A stretch of DNA of 64,000 bases from Monocercomonoides exilis PA203 (taxonomy: Eukaryota > Protista > Preaxostyla), in the NCBI GenBank assembly GCA_001643675.2, contig LSRY02000063.1:62001-126000 (forward strand), in the 5' to 3' direction. Of this stretch, positions 1 through 14,088 are shown piece after piece. How positions within the stretch are numbered: position 1 is the stretch's first letter; every line of letters starts with the position of its first letter. Below the pieces are notes generated by a model, which did no database searches, was not told the origin of the DNA, and was given only the letters and a program-made list of their open reading frames with translations. Both the position numbers and the translations under genes were made by a program.

Positions 1-653
1 GACTGATCTGACTTGTCAGTGACAGATCTGAAAAGTGACAAAACAACAATATTACAATTTGATCTATTTGTCACTTACAAAAAAATGATTAGAAAGTGTT
101 TTAATTTTCATGGAAAGTTGAGTAAAATAAGATATAAAAACATAGATATGTTTATAAATGTTTAAAACGAAAAAATAAACAATTGTTTTAATTTTCACCA
201 TAAAAAATTTGAGTTACAAAAAAAATTGACAAATTGAAAAAATTGTGTCTGTCACTTTTGAGTTTTATCCGATTTTTCGTGTCATGTCACACAGGATTAG
301 CATCAAATAAAAGAGTCAGAATGAAAAACGATTTTTACAAAAATGTTAATACTTTGTTGAATTGGTGTAAATGTTTCAGAAAAACTATAATTTTAATAAA
401 ATTTAGTTTAATTAATCAGGATTAATTTTTTGAAATGCATACGTTAAACATCTGCCTTTCTTCTTTAAATGAAAATTTATTTCACTCTGCCAAAAATTTC
501 AATTTTAAAAAAACTTGAAAATTTTATATTATGGTAAATCAAAAGAAAAATTTTTCTTTTGCAACAACGAGCTATCGCGTTGTATAATATTTTGTATCTA
601 TTTGGTCAAATTATTTTGAAAATCACTTTTTGTTCCTTTTATATATTTCGGGA

Positions 654-2702
654 ATGAATTCAGATGTGATTGTTGGAATAAATGATACTCACTTGAAAGA
701 GGGAGCTTCTCTTGGAAATCCGCCAACTAAAATTATTTTATATTCTCGTCGTTGGTATATCCTTATAATATACTCGTTGAACTGTTTTCTTCTTTCAATG
801 GAATTCTCAATATTCAATGCAGTTCCCAAATCATCAATGGAATATTATTCTCAAGCCAACTTAACAATGGAACTTATTAACCTTTGTTTATCATATTGTA
901 TGTAATTGTTCTTTTTGTCCGATGGATTTAGTTTGAATTTTTGAATTAAAGCCACTTTATTTTCTTCTCCATTCATTCTTCTAACAATCTTTTTGGATAG
1001 CAAGTTTCACAATTTACGTTTGATAACTTTGCTATCATCGTGGAGCTTACTTTTATCTGATCTTGTTAGAATGCTACCAACTTGGATCCCTTCACTCCTT
1101 CCAAACGCTTTTGTGATAATGGTTATTGGGCAAGTTCTTAACCAAATAGGAGGATCATTTGCTTATCCGACACCTTCACTGGTAAGTGCAACATGGTTTT
1201 CAGCAAAAGAGAGAGCTATTATAACAGCTATTGGAACAGAATCCAACTATCTTGGTGTGGCTGTGGGATTTCTTGTTTATCCCCTCTTAATTACAAAAGG
1301 AAGCGATATTCCTGTGGTTCTTCTCTATCTTCTCATTGCGCAGGCGATATGCACACTATCATTAACAGTGTATTTCCCTGCGCGGCCTCCTACACCACCG
1401 TCTTTCTCAGAAGCATTGAAGCATGAGGAGTTGGAAAAAAACAGAAAAGAATCGTCCGCTTCATCTCATAATCTTTCTGCACCCACACCAGCATCTGCTC
1501 TTCCTTCCGCAACTGCAGCATCTCCAACTGCATCTTCCTCTTCGTCCTCCTCCTCTCTGCTCGATTCTCCTCCTGCGCTTCCACTTCCTTCGTCTCAACT
1601 TGCTTTCACTGAAACTGCAAAGCCGTCATTCTATCTCACGAAAGTTAAGCCAATCATCAGAGTTTTGTGCAAGCCAGCGATTGTCCTTCTGATTGTTGCG
1701 ATTTCGTTGGAAAGCGCTGCCGCACAGGCTTTTGCTGACAACGTCACCTATTTCTACACAGTCCTCGATTTCTCCGAATTTCAGGGCGGCATTTTTGCCT
1801 TTGTGAACTCAATTGCTTCTGTCGCAGGCACTTTTTGTGCGTCGTTTGTGGCTGAAAGGCTGCACAGGAAGCACAAGTGGATTCTGATGGCGATCTTCAT
1901 TTTGACTGACCTGTCGTACGTGTTCTTCTTGTTCGCTCTGCCTCTGCCAAAATTCGAGCCATCTTCAGCTTTTGCTCTTTCTTCTCAGCGCAAAATGGGA
2001 TTCAATTTTGTCTTTCAAAAACATATGCCTCATACTCTTTCTTTGCTAAGCTCAAACATGCGAGCAGCTTCTTCTTTCACATCATCGCCACATCAACTTG
2101 AGAGCTCATTCATTTCTTCCTCTTCCTCTTCCTCTTCTTCATTATCTTCTTCTTGTTATTCCACGTTCTCTTCGTCTTCCACCTCGCTTCCTGTCAACCC
2201 TCCACTTCGCTCCTTTCCGTACTGGCTGTTTTCTCTCTTCATTGTTTTCCAGGGCTTTGCAGCAGGCTCGCCGAACGGGATCTGCTTTGAGCTTGGGGCG
2301 GAGATGACGTATCCGTTTTCAGAGGCCATTTCTGGCAGCACGACGATGGTGCTGATGCAGCTGCTGTATACATTCATTCTGTTCGTCTTCAGCAAGACAG
2401 AAATCGGATGGATGGCGATTGTGACGCTGGTGGCGAGTGTGCTGTCGACGGGATGTGTGGTGTTTATGAAGGTGATATACCCAAGAGACATTTTGGAGAA
2501 GGAAGCTGGGAAGAGAGCGAAAGAGAAAGAAGAGCTTTCGAATGCTCAATTTCTTTCTTCTCAGTCTTCGTCGCATTCATCACTCGGAAACAGCATGCCT
2601 GTTGAAGATAAGAGCAATATCACTGGAATTGATATGGATTCAAGCAAGTACGACGATAAAATTCCTCTTCTTGGAGAAGAAAAGCCAAAATATGGAAATT
2701 AA
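654..2702 (+). CDS. MFS transporter, FLVCR/DIRC2 (SLC49)-like; 2 exons (654-897, 952-2702)
   Basis: ATG at 654; intron 898-951 (GTATGT...AAAG) joins the two ORFs in frame. Motifs LYSRRWYIL, PSLVSATWFSAKERAIITAIG and FELGAEMTYPFSE are typical of SLC49. Many TM helices, with Ser-rich insertions in loops. Confidence 0.85.
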
Positions 2703-3278
2703 CACTGAAGAGTTCAAATTTTCTTTCACTTTCTTTCTATTATTTATTTAAAAAAAGATTTCTGTAAAGATTTAAATTTTTTTAGTCTATTTAAATCACT
2801 CGTTTTAAAATATTAGCTTTGCAGCTTTTTATCAAATCCCATTTTTAATGGTGGCTATTTTTGGTAATTTTTTTCTAACATTCTTTTAATATTTTAAGTT
2901 TTCTTCAATAATTTTTGAACGTTAAACTTGTCTCTGTATCTTTTGAGTGTTCATGCTAACTTTATATCATTGTTTTCGTTTGTTCGCTTCGTAATCTTGA
3001 AAGTATTTATATAGTTTATAGAGTTTCAGTTGCATCCAAAAAAATTTTATTTTCCTTTTTTAAGGAAAGATTTTATTTTTGAAAAATATACATTCACAAA
3101 ATATTTTTTCGTAATTGTCAAACAAAAATGAGTAATTAAACAACAAAATTAGTAGAAAACTTCAACGCCATTTCTATAAAATGAAAAGAAAATAATTGTG
3201 ATTATTTTCTGATAAACACTTTTCAAAACATGTAAAACGCAAAACTTTATGTCAAAAGAACAAATGCAAATTTGAATT

Positions 3279-3758
3279 TCATAGAGCCAATGAACAACCA
3301 AATAATGAAAAGGAAAGTAACATCGAGAATGACACAAATACAGAAGAATTAAAAAAACTAATTAACCGAGAAATTAAAATTAATCCAAGGCCTTTTTGCT
3401 TGTTTTCATCTATAGTCAAATCATTTGAAACTTCATTAACAACATTATAAAGTCCCATCATCAGTATAATCATTGAAAATGTAAAACATAACGAAAATGT
3501 TACCCAATTACAAGCTGTTGCATCACGAAAATAATTAAGTCCCTTTTGTTCAAATTCTGAAGAATCTACGAATACATTGGACCTATTTATGTTATGAGAT
3601 TTTGTATTTGTAGGTGGCTTATATAGAGAGTGCAATACAAATGGCTTAGGTGGTGATTTTGAATCCTTATAATATTCTTGAATTGGAAGAGAACTTTTTC
3701 TGTTGAAAGGCTTATTCCGAACTGATTCGTGAGTTTTGCTTGATCTCCTTGAAGACAT
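3279..3758 (-). CDS. hypothetical small membrane protein (about 159 aa)
   Basis: ATG-started ORF in AT-rich DNA with a basic N-terminus and two hydrophobic C-terminal segments. The 3' end may be spliced. Confidence 0.5.
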   Translation of the reverse strand: MSSRRSSKTHESVRNKPFNRKSSLPIQEYYKDSKSPPKPFVLHSLYKPPTNTKSHNINRSNVFVDSSEFEQKGLNYFRDATACNWVTFSLCFTFSMIILMMGLYNVVNEVSNDLTIDENKQKGLGLILISRLISFFNSSVFVSFSMLLSFSLFGCSLAL

Positions 3759-3848
3759 ATCTTAATTAAAAAATTAACTTTAGAAACAAATTTCTTTTAT
3801 CAATTTGCAAAAACTGATAACTTTATCATGGAACGGATCAAATTTTGA
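3759..3848. promoter_or_regulatory. putative compact bidirectional promoter
   Basis: 90 bp between divergent ATGs at 3758 (-) and 3849 (+). Confidence 0.4.
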
Positions 3849-4786
3849 ATGAAAAGTAATTCTGATAATTATTTAACACGTGGAAATAAAAATTTTATTG
3901 CACTTACTGGATTAAACCCTTCTATTTTTGTGAACGACATTTATGCGATTATGACTCAACTCTCGCGCTGTGCGCTTTTAGACATGGAAACTCTTTTAAA
4001 GCCATTATTTCCAGAGAAAGTGCTTAATAGGGTACAATTTTACAATAGCTGTTGATTCAATTAATGTTCATTCTGTTTAGGCGCTTATATCACTTTATTC
4101 AATTTTAGATCAAAGAATAGATGCTTCTTTTGATCAATTTGAAATTGCTCTCTTTCAACAAATTTGCGTTGCTTCTGATCGTCTTATGAAGCTTCAGCAA
4201 TATACAGAAATTAACAAAAAATTAGATTTACTTCGGATATCAAATAAGCAGTTATCATTTATGGTTAAAAAAGTATGTTTGAAAACTTTATTAGTTTCAT
4301 AGTTTGTTGCATCTCTGATTTGAATAGTATAAGGAAATGAATAGCATGCTTCGAAGAGAACAAGCTAATCTTAGAGAACAAACATCATCACATTTAAAAC
4401 GAATTGATCACTTAAACGAGTTGATTGTTGCATGTATGAACTTTGAAGGTGTGTGTTCATAATTTGAAGGTCCTATTCGCGATATAATATTTCCATTATT
4501 TTTTAACTCTTTCTCATTTTGTTTCATAGATGAAGTTAAAAAAGTTAAAGCGACTGCATACACAAAAGAAACATTACCACAAGAATTGATTTTAATAGGG
4601 GAAAAGGAAAGAGATTTTGAAAGCGAAGAGCAAAGCGATGAAGATAATCAAAACCTATTTAAAGGCAGACAAGAAATGTCATTAGATTTTTATACAGACT
4701 TTCCAAGGATTGAAGCAGACAGTGAAAGTTTAAATGCGTTTGCAATGTTTGCAGGCATAGAAATATCTCAAAGTGATGATATCTAA
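3849..4786 (+). CDS. Mis12-like kinetochore protein (putative); 4 exons (3849-4031, 4081-4272, 4334-4448, 4530-4786)
   Basis: Three GT-AG introns give one continuous frame. LTGLNPSIFVNDIYAIM...LDQRIDASFDQFEIALFQQI resembles the Mis12 N-terminal domain and is followed by a coiled coil. The gene model is solid; the identity is tentative. Confidence 0.5.
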
Positions 4787-5515
4787 AAATGAAAACTTCT
4801 GTATAATTTATTTGATTTGTGTGAAAACATAAAAATTGTTGTATTGGATTTATTCTTTCTTATATTTTCTTTTCTTTAAAAAAAAAAAATAACAAACTGG
4901 TTTATCACGGAATGAGTTTGAAAAGACTTTATTTAAATGAAAATTGACATATTTAAAAAAAATTTTTTTATTCCACGTAAAAAGAACAAAAATAAATAAA
5001 AGAAGTTCCAAAATTGTAATGCATATGCACTCAAACAAAATAATGGATAAAAAAAGGAAAAAGAAGAGGATGTGAAAATTTGAACTAAAGTGTATTCATC
5101 AATGGAATTGGGATTCGATATCTTAAGAAAATTGAAGAACTTGCATGAAATAATGTGTTAGTAAGTGAATATCATCAAATATATTTGTTAGTTAAAAAAT
5201 ACATAAAAATAAGTAATTCAACAAAACTGAAAAATGATTAAGGAATGCACAAGCAACGAAAAAGAATTGGATATCATAACAACTGGTTCAACAGAAAGCA
5301 AAGACATAAACAATTCTGTCTCAAACAAACATAAAAAATTTATCATTGCAATAAAAAATCAATAAACAAATAAACAATTAATTAAGTAAATAAAATTAAA
5401 TAAACCATTTCCAGAGAAAAAAAAATCTCCTCAACACTTTAATATTTATAAAATAATGTTTGATAGAATAATAATTATTTCCCTCCTTTCCACCTCTTCT
5501 TCTGAATTTGTTTTC

Positions 5516-8500
5516 TCAGTCTTCCTCAAAATTCGGTTCCTGATAGTCAGAAGGAATGGTATTTCTCCGTATCAGCATATCTTCTGCCATAATTGGTGTG
5601 CTGTTGACCATTGGATCCCTCTGCCCCAGCTTCTTCTTCGCCTTCGCCCGCTCCTTCTTCCTGCGCTGCCACGCAAAACAGCCCGCAAAGCCAGCAGCGA
5701 TGCTCAGCACAAACACACTCGCAGGCACAACGCCGAGGACAATTTTGATGGCCTCGTCTTTGTGCACGTTGATGTTCGGAGCTTTCGGACTGAACAGCGG
5801 AAGCTGGTTGCTCAGCACACTCACATTCAAAACTGGGTTCTGCACGGAGAGAATCACAAAGATCGCCTCGTTGCTCTCGGAATCGTCTGCATTTTTGTAA
5901 TTTGTGCTTTTTCTTCCTTTACTTCCATTTCTTCCATTTTTTCTGTCTTTTCTATTTCTTTCTCTTCCTCTTTCTCCTTCCCCTCCTCCGCACTCCTGCA
6001 GATCCAACACATCAACAAGCCCTTCTGCATACGACGTGTTGACATGATTCACCAGCACCCCTTCGAAAATGACTGTGTTCATCTCCTTCGACACACACCT
6101 CACTTGAAACGCTGCCCCACACGGCACAATGTTCTCCCCATAAAACTGCACCCGGAGTGTGTCTGGCCCACCCGTATGATTCACCCCTGTCAGCACAGGC
6201 ACTGCCAGCACCACATCTTCTGCACTCACTTCGCCTTTGATGTCGCAGTCTTCGTTGCTCATCCACAGACGCTGCTTGCTCAGCAGCGCATCGTCCAGCC
6301 CATCGATTGTCAGGGAAGCCTTCCCGTTGCACGCGATGTTGTGGAAAAGACCAGGAAATGGGACGTATGTTGATTGTAGCGTCTTGCTATGCTTGTTGGC
6401 TCTATTAATAGAAGATTGCTGAAACAGCTGTGAATCGTTATAAGTGTACTTGATGTATGAGTTATTCGTGAATTCACAATTAGACAGATGAACAGAACCA
6501 GAGTGGATGCTCAGCCCACCCGCGGGTGAGTTCGCCAGTGTCACGTGTTTCAGCTCTGCTTTTGTGAACGAAAGATGAAGCAGCGACGACACCCACGTGC
6601 ACAACGATGCATCCTGCTCGCTCTCTTCTTCTCTGCCTGCGCCAAAGAAGTAATAGTCATCCTCTTCTTCTCCTCTTCCTCTTCTTCTTCTTCTTTCTCT
6701 TTCTCTTTCTCTTTCTCCTTCTTTTCCTCCTCTCCTCTTTTCATTGCTTACAGCGTTGTCGGACATCCCCGAGCAGAGTATCTTCACCTCCTCCATCTTC
6801 ACGTTGCACATGCGTATGTAACACACAATTCCGCTGAATTCGTGAAGCACCGGCGCCGAAAACGTCGTTCTCTCAACTTCCACCAGAGGCAAATCTGAGA
6901 GGCTGTCGCTGTCGTTCGCTGCCAAGTCGAGCACCGTCGGCTGCGGCAGGTCGAAGTCGGCGTCGGCGACGCTGAAGTGGCAGTGCGAAATGTTCACCGG
7001 CTGCCACACGCCGATGAAGCGGTGCTGGAACACAGAGCAGCGGAACAGCATAGCATCGGTGATTCTCACATCCACAAGCAAAATCGGCTCCTGATCATCA
7101 GCTTCATCGTTATATTCTGCTTCTTCATTGCTCTCCTGCTCTTTGTTGATTTTTCTTCTGCTGTTCTGATAAAACAATGCTCCATTGTTTGCTTTGTGTC
7201 CTTTAAGCTTCTTCTGCTCGAGATATTCTTGGTTGTTGTCATCCACAAAAATGATCGAGTTGAACGTCATATCCAATTCGATGTCTGAGAAATTAGTGTT
7301 CTTCAGCGTTAAGCGCTTGATCGACGAGAGCACCACAAACGATGTTCTGCACGAAAGGTCGTGCACACTCACGCCGTCTATCGTTAGCCGCGCCTTCTTC
7401 ACCACCAGCAGCGACCCACCCAGCTGCGTCATCTTCTCCACTGCCGAGTATATAACACAGTCGCTGATACGCCCTGTGCCATCAGTCATCTCAAAGATGC
7501 CGTTGTTCCTTTGCTCGCCTTCTGTCAGCTCGAAGCCGATGCGGCGGAAGCTGGTGTATGTGCTGCACACAAACACCGCCTCCCCCGCAACCATCGGCAG
7601 CAGCTTCCCAATCTGCAGCGTGGACTGCTCTCCGATCCCTGCCATCATCTCCAGCTGATCCAGCGCCACCGTCTCCCCCAGCACGATCGTCCCAGCCACC
7701 ACAATCCTCCCCAGTGCCGTGCAGTTCACGTGGATGATGCCGACCATCAGCGACTTGCACGGACACTCGAGCTTTCCGCACTCAGAGCTGTTTGAGGCGT
7801 TCGAGTGTGTCTGTGAGACGTAGATGGACTCTGCTGTGAAATGGCGGATGAGCGGAAGCAGGTTCTCTGCGTTGATGCTGTTGCTGTCGTGGCCGTAGAT
7901 GCTGTTGTGTGTGTCGATGACAGAGAGAGGCAGGTCAACAGACACTTTTGTCTCGTCCAGTAGAGAAAGAGTGTTCACAATCAGAAACACATCCATTCCA
8001 ATCTCTGCCTTGTTGTACTGCAGCACAAGTGCATAGATGAAGTTGATGGGCAGCGTGTCCCACTCAAACACCCCGTAGAATGCGCCTCCTTTTGTCATCT
8101 TTGCATTCAGACAGCACTGGCTGAACACACAGTTCTGAATATACAGCTCATCTTCTTCGTTCGCCCGCAGCAACAGTGCCCCGCCTTTCTCGCAGCTCTG
8201 TGACTGGATGTTGTTGAACTCGCACTGCTTGAAGTTCAGCCGATTACGCGACACTTGATTTCCTTCCCTTCTTCCCTTCCTCTCCAAATACGGCTCCGCA
8301 TTCATCTGAAGCACGCCCGACGCGCCTTCAATGGACAAGCGAGTGAAGTTGCTGCTGTTTGCAAAGAGCTGCGCTTTTGCCTGGTTGAACGAGAACACTG
8401 GGTGGCCATCGATGTCCAGGTCGCTCACAGAACACTTCATCAGCTCAATGCGAATGCCCTCGCTGACAATAGGGCTGAAGAGAAGAAGGCTGCGCTGGGG

Positions 8501-8788
8501 CTCTGATGAAAGAGAAGATGAATGTGATGTTTGAGACGAAGGAATGATAGAAGAAGAAGAAAGGGAAGGAGGAGAAGATGAAAGAGAATAACAGCCAGAA
8601 TAAGTGTCATCATCTGAGCTGTTGCTTCTGATCTGCACGTTGCTCAGCCGCAGCATCGACGAGACGCTGACGTAGATGGCTGTGACAGTCGAGGCGTGCT
8701 GAAGAGGATACACAAACGACAATTGAGAGAAACTCGCCTGTGCCCCAGTCACTTTCAGAAGATAGACTTCTCCATCATTTCTGTAATG

Positions 8789-8820
<32 letters not shown>

Positions 8821-11737
8821 GGGAATAGTTCTTTTTGATCTTTTTAATCAATTCTTCTTTCTTTTCCATTACCATTTCCATTTTCTTCTGTTGTTGAATC
8901 GCCTGAGAACAATGAGTCAGCATATAATTATCATTCATATAACATTCACCATCATCATCTTCTTCCTCTTCTTCTTCTTCCTCCTCTTCTTCTTCTTCCT
9001 CCTCTTCTTCTTCCATCATCATCTCCTCAATATCCAGCACGTGTATCTTCGTCGTCGAGTTATAGCTGCCCTGTATTGTTGTGCTGTACGAGCTCAGCAC
9101 GATCGTCTTCTTCTCCTCCTTCAGCTCTCCTCGGCAGTCGACAATCACATTGTCCCTCGGAAACAGCTGCGATGCATGGCCGAGGGTGCGCCCAGGAAGA
9201 GTGCTGAAGAAAGAAGAGATGGAAACGGCATCGTCTCCGTCGTCCCCGTTCACATAGAACAGCTGGCTGGTGTAGAAGTAGTGGGAGATATCGACCAGCT
9301 GGTTGGAGGACGACAGGAAGGATTTGAACGGGAAGCTCAGCTCGCGGCACTTCCCTATTGGCATCTCGCGAATGCTGCTCCACACACCAGTGGCATCGAC
9401 GAGGAGCACAGAAATATCGTCGATGGCTTGGTCATCGTTTGAGAGGGAGGTGAAGGAGGAAGATGAGGAAGATGGAGAAGAAGATGATGATGAAGCTGAA
9501 GCTGAAGAAGTATAAGAAGAAGGAGGAGGAGATTTCAAAGGAATAAACTCATCATCGCAATTTCCCTTTGCTGTTCTTGCTGTCTCCTTCTCTCCAAACA
9601 CACACATGTGGAGCTGGAAGTTCGCCGATTCCTGGAAAGTGCTGGGCGAGCGAGACAGCTCCAGCACGAGGTTCTTCGCCTGCCTCGCCCAGCAGCTCAT
9701 GAACAGACACTCTCTCACACACACATCGTCAAAGGGCGAAGAGCAGAGCAGCAGAACAGCCCCGCCGGTGGATGCAATCTGAGTCGAGTGGCACTGACAG
9801 TGCAGGAAATAGCACTCGAGGAAGACAGAGGAGACGGTGAGGCCATTTTGTGGGGAGGGTGAAGTGGGTGATGTGGGTGATGTGGGTGATGTGGGTGATG
9901 TGAGTGAAGAGGGAAAAGAGGGAGAAGATGGAGAAGAGGATGAAGTGGGAGGATTGTGACGAGGATGATGTGAAGAAAGAGAAGAAGAAGAAGAAGAAGT
10001 AGATGATGATGGTGATGAAGATGGTCTTGTTGAATGCGGCTCCTTGTGTTTCTTTTGTAATTCTGTCGATCTTCGTTTCATTATTTTGCCTTCCAAATTT
10101 TTAACAACATCATCATTTCCCACTTCTTCTTCATTTCTATTGTCATATTCCTCACTCTTATTCTTCCTTCCAGTCTCATCGCCTCTCCTCACCCACCCAT
10201 TTTGCTCCTTCTGCTCCTTCTGCTTCTTCTGCTTCTTCACAAACGCTATGTCAATCACTGCTCCTCCTCCTTTCATGCCTGCGGAGCATCGAAAGAAGTC
10301 GCACTGAAAGAGCAGATAAAGCGCATGATGCGACGCCACATGCACCGCTCCCCCTTCTCCTCCTTCCCACACCGCCTCGCACGACTCAAACACACTCCCG
10401 TTGACCTTCACACTCCCGTCACCGCTGCAGAAGACAGCGCCGCCGCGGAAGGGAGCGGTGCACCCTTCGAACACACAGCGGAAGATTGTCAGAGAACCTG
10501 TAGGCTCATCATTTAATGCATCACAGCTATAATAATAATAATTATTATTATTATTGACACATTTGTATTCATCATCGTTGATATCTTCTTCTTCTTCTTC
10601 TTCTTCTTCTTTCTTCTCTTTTTGTTCTCTTTTGTTGGAAGAGCCTCTGTTGCCTATGTCTTTGCTATTTGTTGAGTGGCATAAAGAAGAAGAAGTGCCA
10701 AACTCTTGCTTTCTTGGAGAAAGATAGCATATTGCTCCTCCACACAATGTTTCGTCCTCAAGCGCACTAAAAAATGACGCTGATGAACTGATTTTTGACG
10801 AAGAAGCGGAACATTTGATGAACGAATCAGAGTCAAATTTGTAATCGATTTTTTCTTTGAGAATTGTCTGTTCTTTATACGTGGCTTCCAGCACGCGCGT
10901 GCATGATTGATATGTATTGTTGAATGAACTGAGAGGAGAACAGTGCGAGTTAATCGAATTAATTAGACCCCCATAAAGCACATTTTCAACTGCTGTGAAT
11001 CGACAACTTGATATAGAATAAGATGATAAAAATTGCTCTCGAGAGCAATTCTCATGTTGAAGCGAAACGGAAATATTCGAAAATGCATTGTTACAAAGTG
11101 TAAATAAAGAAACTTGCGGCAAAACCAAAAAAGGCTTTGATAGCAAATTGAAATTGAAAAATGATGAAAACTCCAAAGAAATGAAGCAAAACGCGTTGGT
11201 GCAAGATGAAAGTGACGAAGACGAAAATAGATTTTCCATTGTACATAATGAAGAAGCAGCAGCAGCGGAAAGCAAAGATAAGTTTTGTATTTGAATGAAT
11301 GAATTTGTTGTGAAAAAAATACTTTCGTGATTCGAATTGCAAATGGAAATCTGGATTTGAGTAAAAAACATTTCTGAAAGTTGTTCAACGATCAATGAAT
11401 GTCCTGTTGTGCGTTGCGAGATAATAATAGACTTTAATTCATGTGAAGAATTGATAAGAATCATTTTTGTTGAAATAATCGTTTTACAGTTTATAATTGA
11501 TTTCAGTCGATCAAATGTTTTCTGCAAATGAAAGTTCACTTTTTTTCTTACATCTTTTTGTATTTTGAAGTTGTTAATATTTTGAATTCGAACAATTTCA
11601 TCGCAATTTTTAGTATTTGGATTTTCAACAGTTCCATCACATAGAAATCCGTGTATACTATCTGATTTTGCGTAAAGCACATTATTGTTTGTTGCTTCAC
11701 ATGCGAAAATAATGAACACAAAGCTTACGAAGAGCAT
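5516..11737 (-). CDS. giant type I membrane surface protein with beta-helix/Pmp-like ectodomain and short cytoplasmic tail (no kinase)
   Basis: Intronless ORF of about 2070 aa. Signal peptide MLFVSFVFIIFACEA, repeated GGAI/GGAV plus FxxC motifs, TM helix IVLGVVPASVFVLSIAAGFAGCFAW followed by QRRKKER, and many low-complexity insertions. Confidence 0.8.
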
Positions 11738-14088
11738 CACTCATCATGAAAAAAAAGATCCAATAAGATCATTCATCCATTAAGTTATTTTTCTATTCAA
11801 ATTTGAAAATAGAAAATTCGAAAATTAACTATTTTCAAAAGAACAAATAAATAGAAAAAAAAAAAAAATAGTTGATTTGGAATCATCGTTAGAAAGGGGG
11901 GATTAAAAAAGTGAATTTGGAGAAGTGCTATGCGCACAAAACAGAATCTTTCAAACAAGCCGTGAAAGCAGAACTGGTTGATCCATGCGTTTCGGTCAAA
12001 TTGAGAATAAGTGATTGTTGCTGAAGATGAAGGAGATGATGATGAAAATAACAAAAAAGAATTGAAGGTGCATGAGAGACCAACGAAGAGAGTGACATTT
12101 CTCTTGTCTTGCTGCCCTGCTTTTCTCGCAAAAGAGTTTAAAAAAATCAGATCCAGATTGGCTGCTCATCCAATCGGATTCTGTGCCCATCCAATTCAGT
12201 GAAGGAAAGTGACGATGGATGAAACAAAGAAGATTGAAGAATAAAACAGATGAAAATGGAAGGAGTTGTTGAAGAAGAAAAACAAAGAGATAGATGAAAA
12301 AATAGATGATGATGAAGTTTGAGAAGAACAAATTGACAACAATGACAGAACAAATTGCCAATAAATTAAAAATATATTCTGATTCTTTCCCTTTTTCTTC
12401 TTCTTCTTCTTCTTCTCTGCTGCTCAATCACCACAAGTTGAATTCATTTTCCTCCCAGAATTCACAAGAGAGGAAGAAGTGAAAGGTTGCTTAAAATCAA
12501 CAGTGGCAGAAGATAGTCCACCCATTTTGTGTTTTTCATCCGCTTCCAAAGCAATTAGTGAAGATTGTGAGGAAGGAGTTGATGATGTTTGAGGGGTGTT
12601 TGGAGACTGTTGTGTTGAAGAAGAAGATGATGAAATTTCATTGAACATCAATTTTATTTGTCGACAGCTCATGATTCCTTTTTTTCTCGTTCCGAATGAA
12701 ACTTTGTTGCACCTGCGAATATGACGATTTGTGCGTCCAAATCTCCTTCTGCTGCTGTGGTTGTTTCTCTTTTTCCTCTGCTTTGCATTTCTCTCTCTCT
12801 CTCTCTCTCTCAATCATCCTCACAAAAATTCGCTCATAACCCTTTTCACTCCTGCTGCTTCCAAGTATTCTCATTCAATGCTGACCCACACTATAGAACT
12901 TGAAACGGAAGTGAAGTCAATTCCTTTTCAAGTTTCCATCTGATGCCTTCGTTGCGCAATCATCAGCACAATTCTTGTTCTTTCTTCACTTCAACAGCAA
13001 TCCAATCTCAAATCGTCCTCCACACTCAACGCATTTCTCCATCGGTTCCACCAAAAAGAAAAAAAAAATATCATTCATCCATCTTCCATCTCACTTCATC
13101 ATTTCTCCACTTTTCCAAAGCTCCTGGCATTCATCTGCTCATTTTTCTTCCTTTGTCTCTTTCACCAAAGCAATTTGTCAAACAAATCTGTCAGAAGCAA
13201 GGCGCATGAGACGTTGTCCATTGCTCTAGAATTGTTCTATTGAAATAAAAAATATGAAAATAGATAAAAACAGGTGTGAATTTCCATTCCAATAAATAAT
13301 CAAACAAATGGTTTTGTTTTCTTGAAATTGCTCGAAAAAATAAAAATTTGGCAAACATTTTATTCAAAATCCATCTCTTCCAATATAATCTTTGCTTTTG
13401 CTGAAAATGTCCATTTTCAAGTATTTCAGCCCTTGGCGAATCTCTTTTGACTGAAATAGCATCTTTTTCTGCTCAAAGCATACAAAATGCATCCACATTT
13501 CAAAAAATGCAAAATGTGCATCAACGAATAAATAAATCCTGCGTGGATCATGTCTTTGATTGAAAATGTTCATTTCGGCCAGGATTCGCTTTTCAATCTT
13601 CAATTCAGAAATCAATCATTGTTTCTGATGTTTGAAAGTTCAAAAAATACAAATTCTCAACAAACAAAAAATATCACACTGCGATATGAAATTGTGAATA
13701 TTTCTCCAAAAGCTCTTTAATTCTTCGAACAAACTAATGTTTTGAAAAACAATCCACTGACCAATTGTTAAATTTGAGTGAGCAAGCAAATCGTTCTCAG
13801 ATGCCTCTAAATATAATGTAACATCATAGAAACCACATTATATCGCTGTCCACTCGTTGGTTAATGAAATATCAACACATCAAAATTAATAGCATTTTCA
13901 ATTAATATTATTCATATGATCAATATGAAAATTATTATTCTTTTTAAAAAAATTGACATGAATGCAACTACAAATAAAAATACAATACCACTTTTGAAAT
14001 GAATGTTTTTCAAAGTTTATTACCCATATTAGAAAAAGGAATTCAGGGGAAAAAAAGAAAAGGATATTCCACTTGGGTGCTGGACTCA

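Noticed and set aside
1-300. Short GTGACA/TGTCAC inverted motifs at the window start
   Set aside because: Possibly an element end, but truncated by the window and too short to support.
5456-6373. 305-aa + strand ORF
   Set aside because: Antisense to the GC-rich 3' end of the 2074-aa gene.
13364-13615. 83-aa ORF conserved in both arms (also 50451-50702)
   Set aside because: Non-ATG start, and conservation is explained by the recent duplication.
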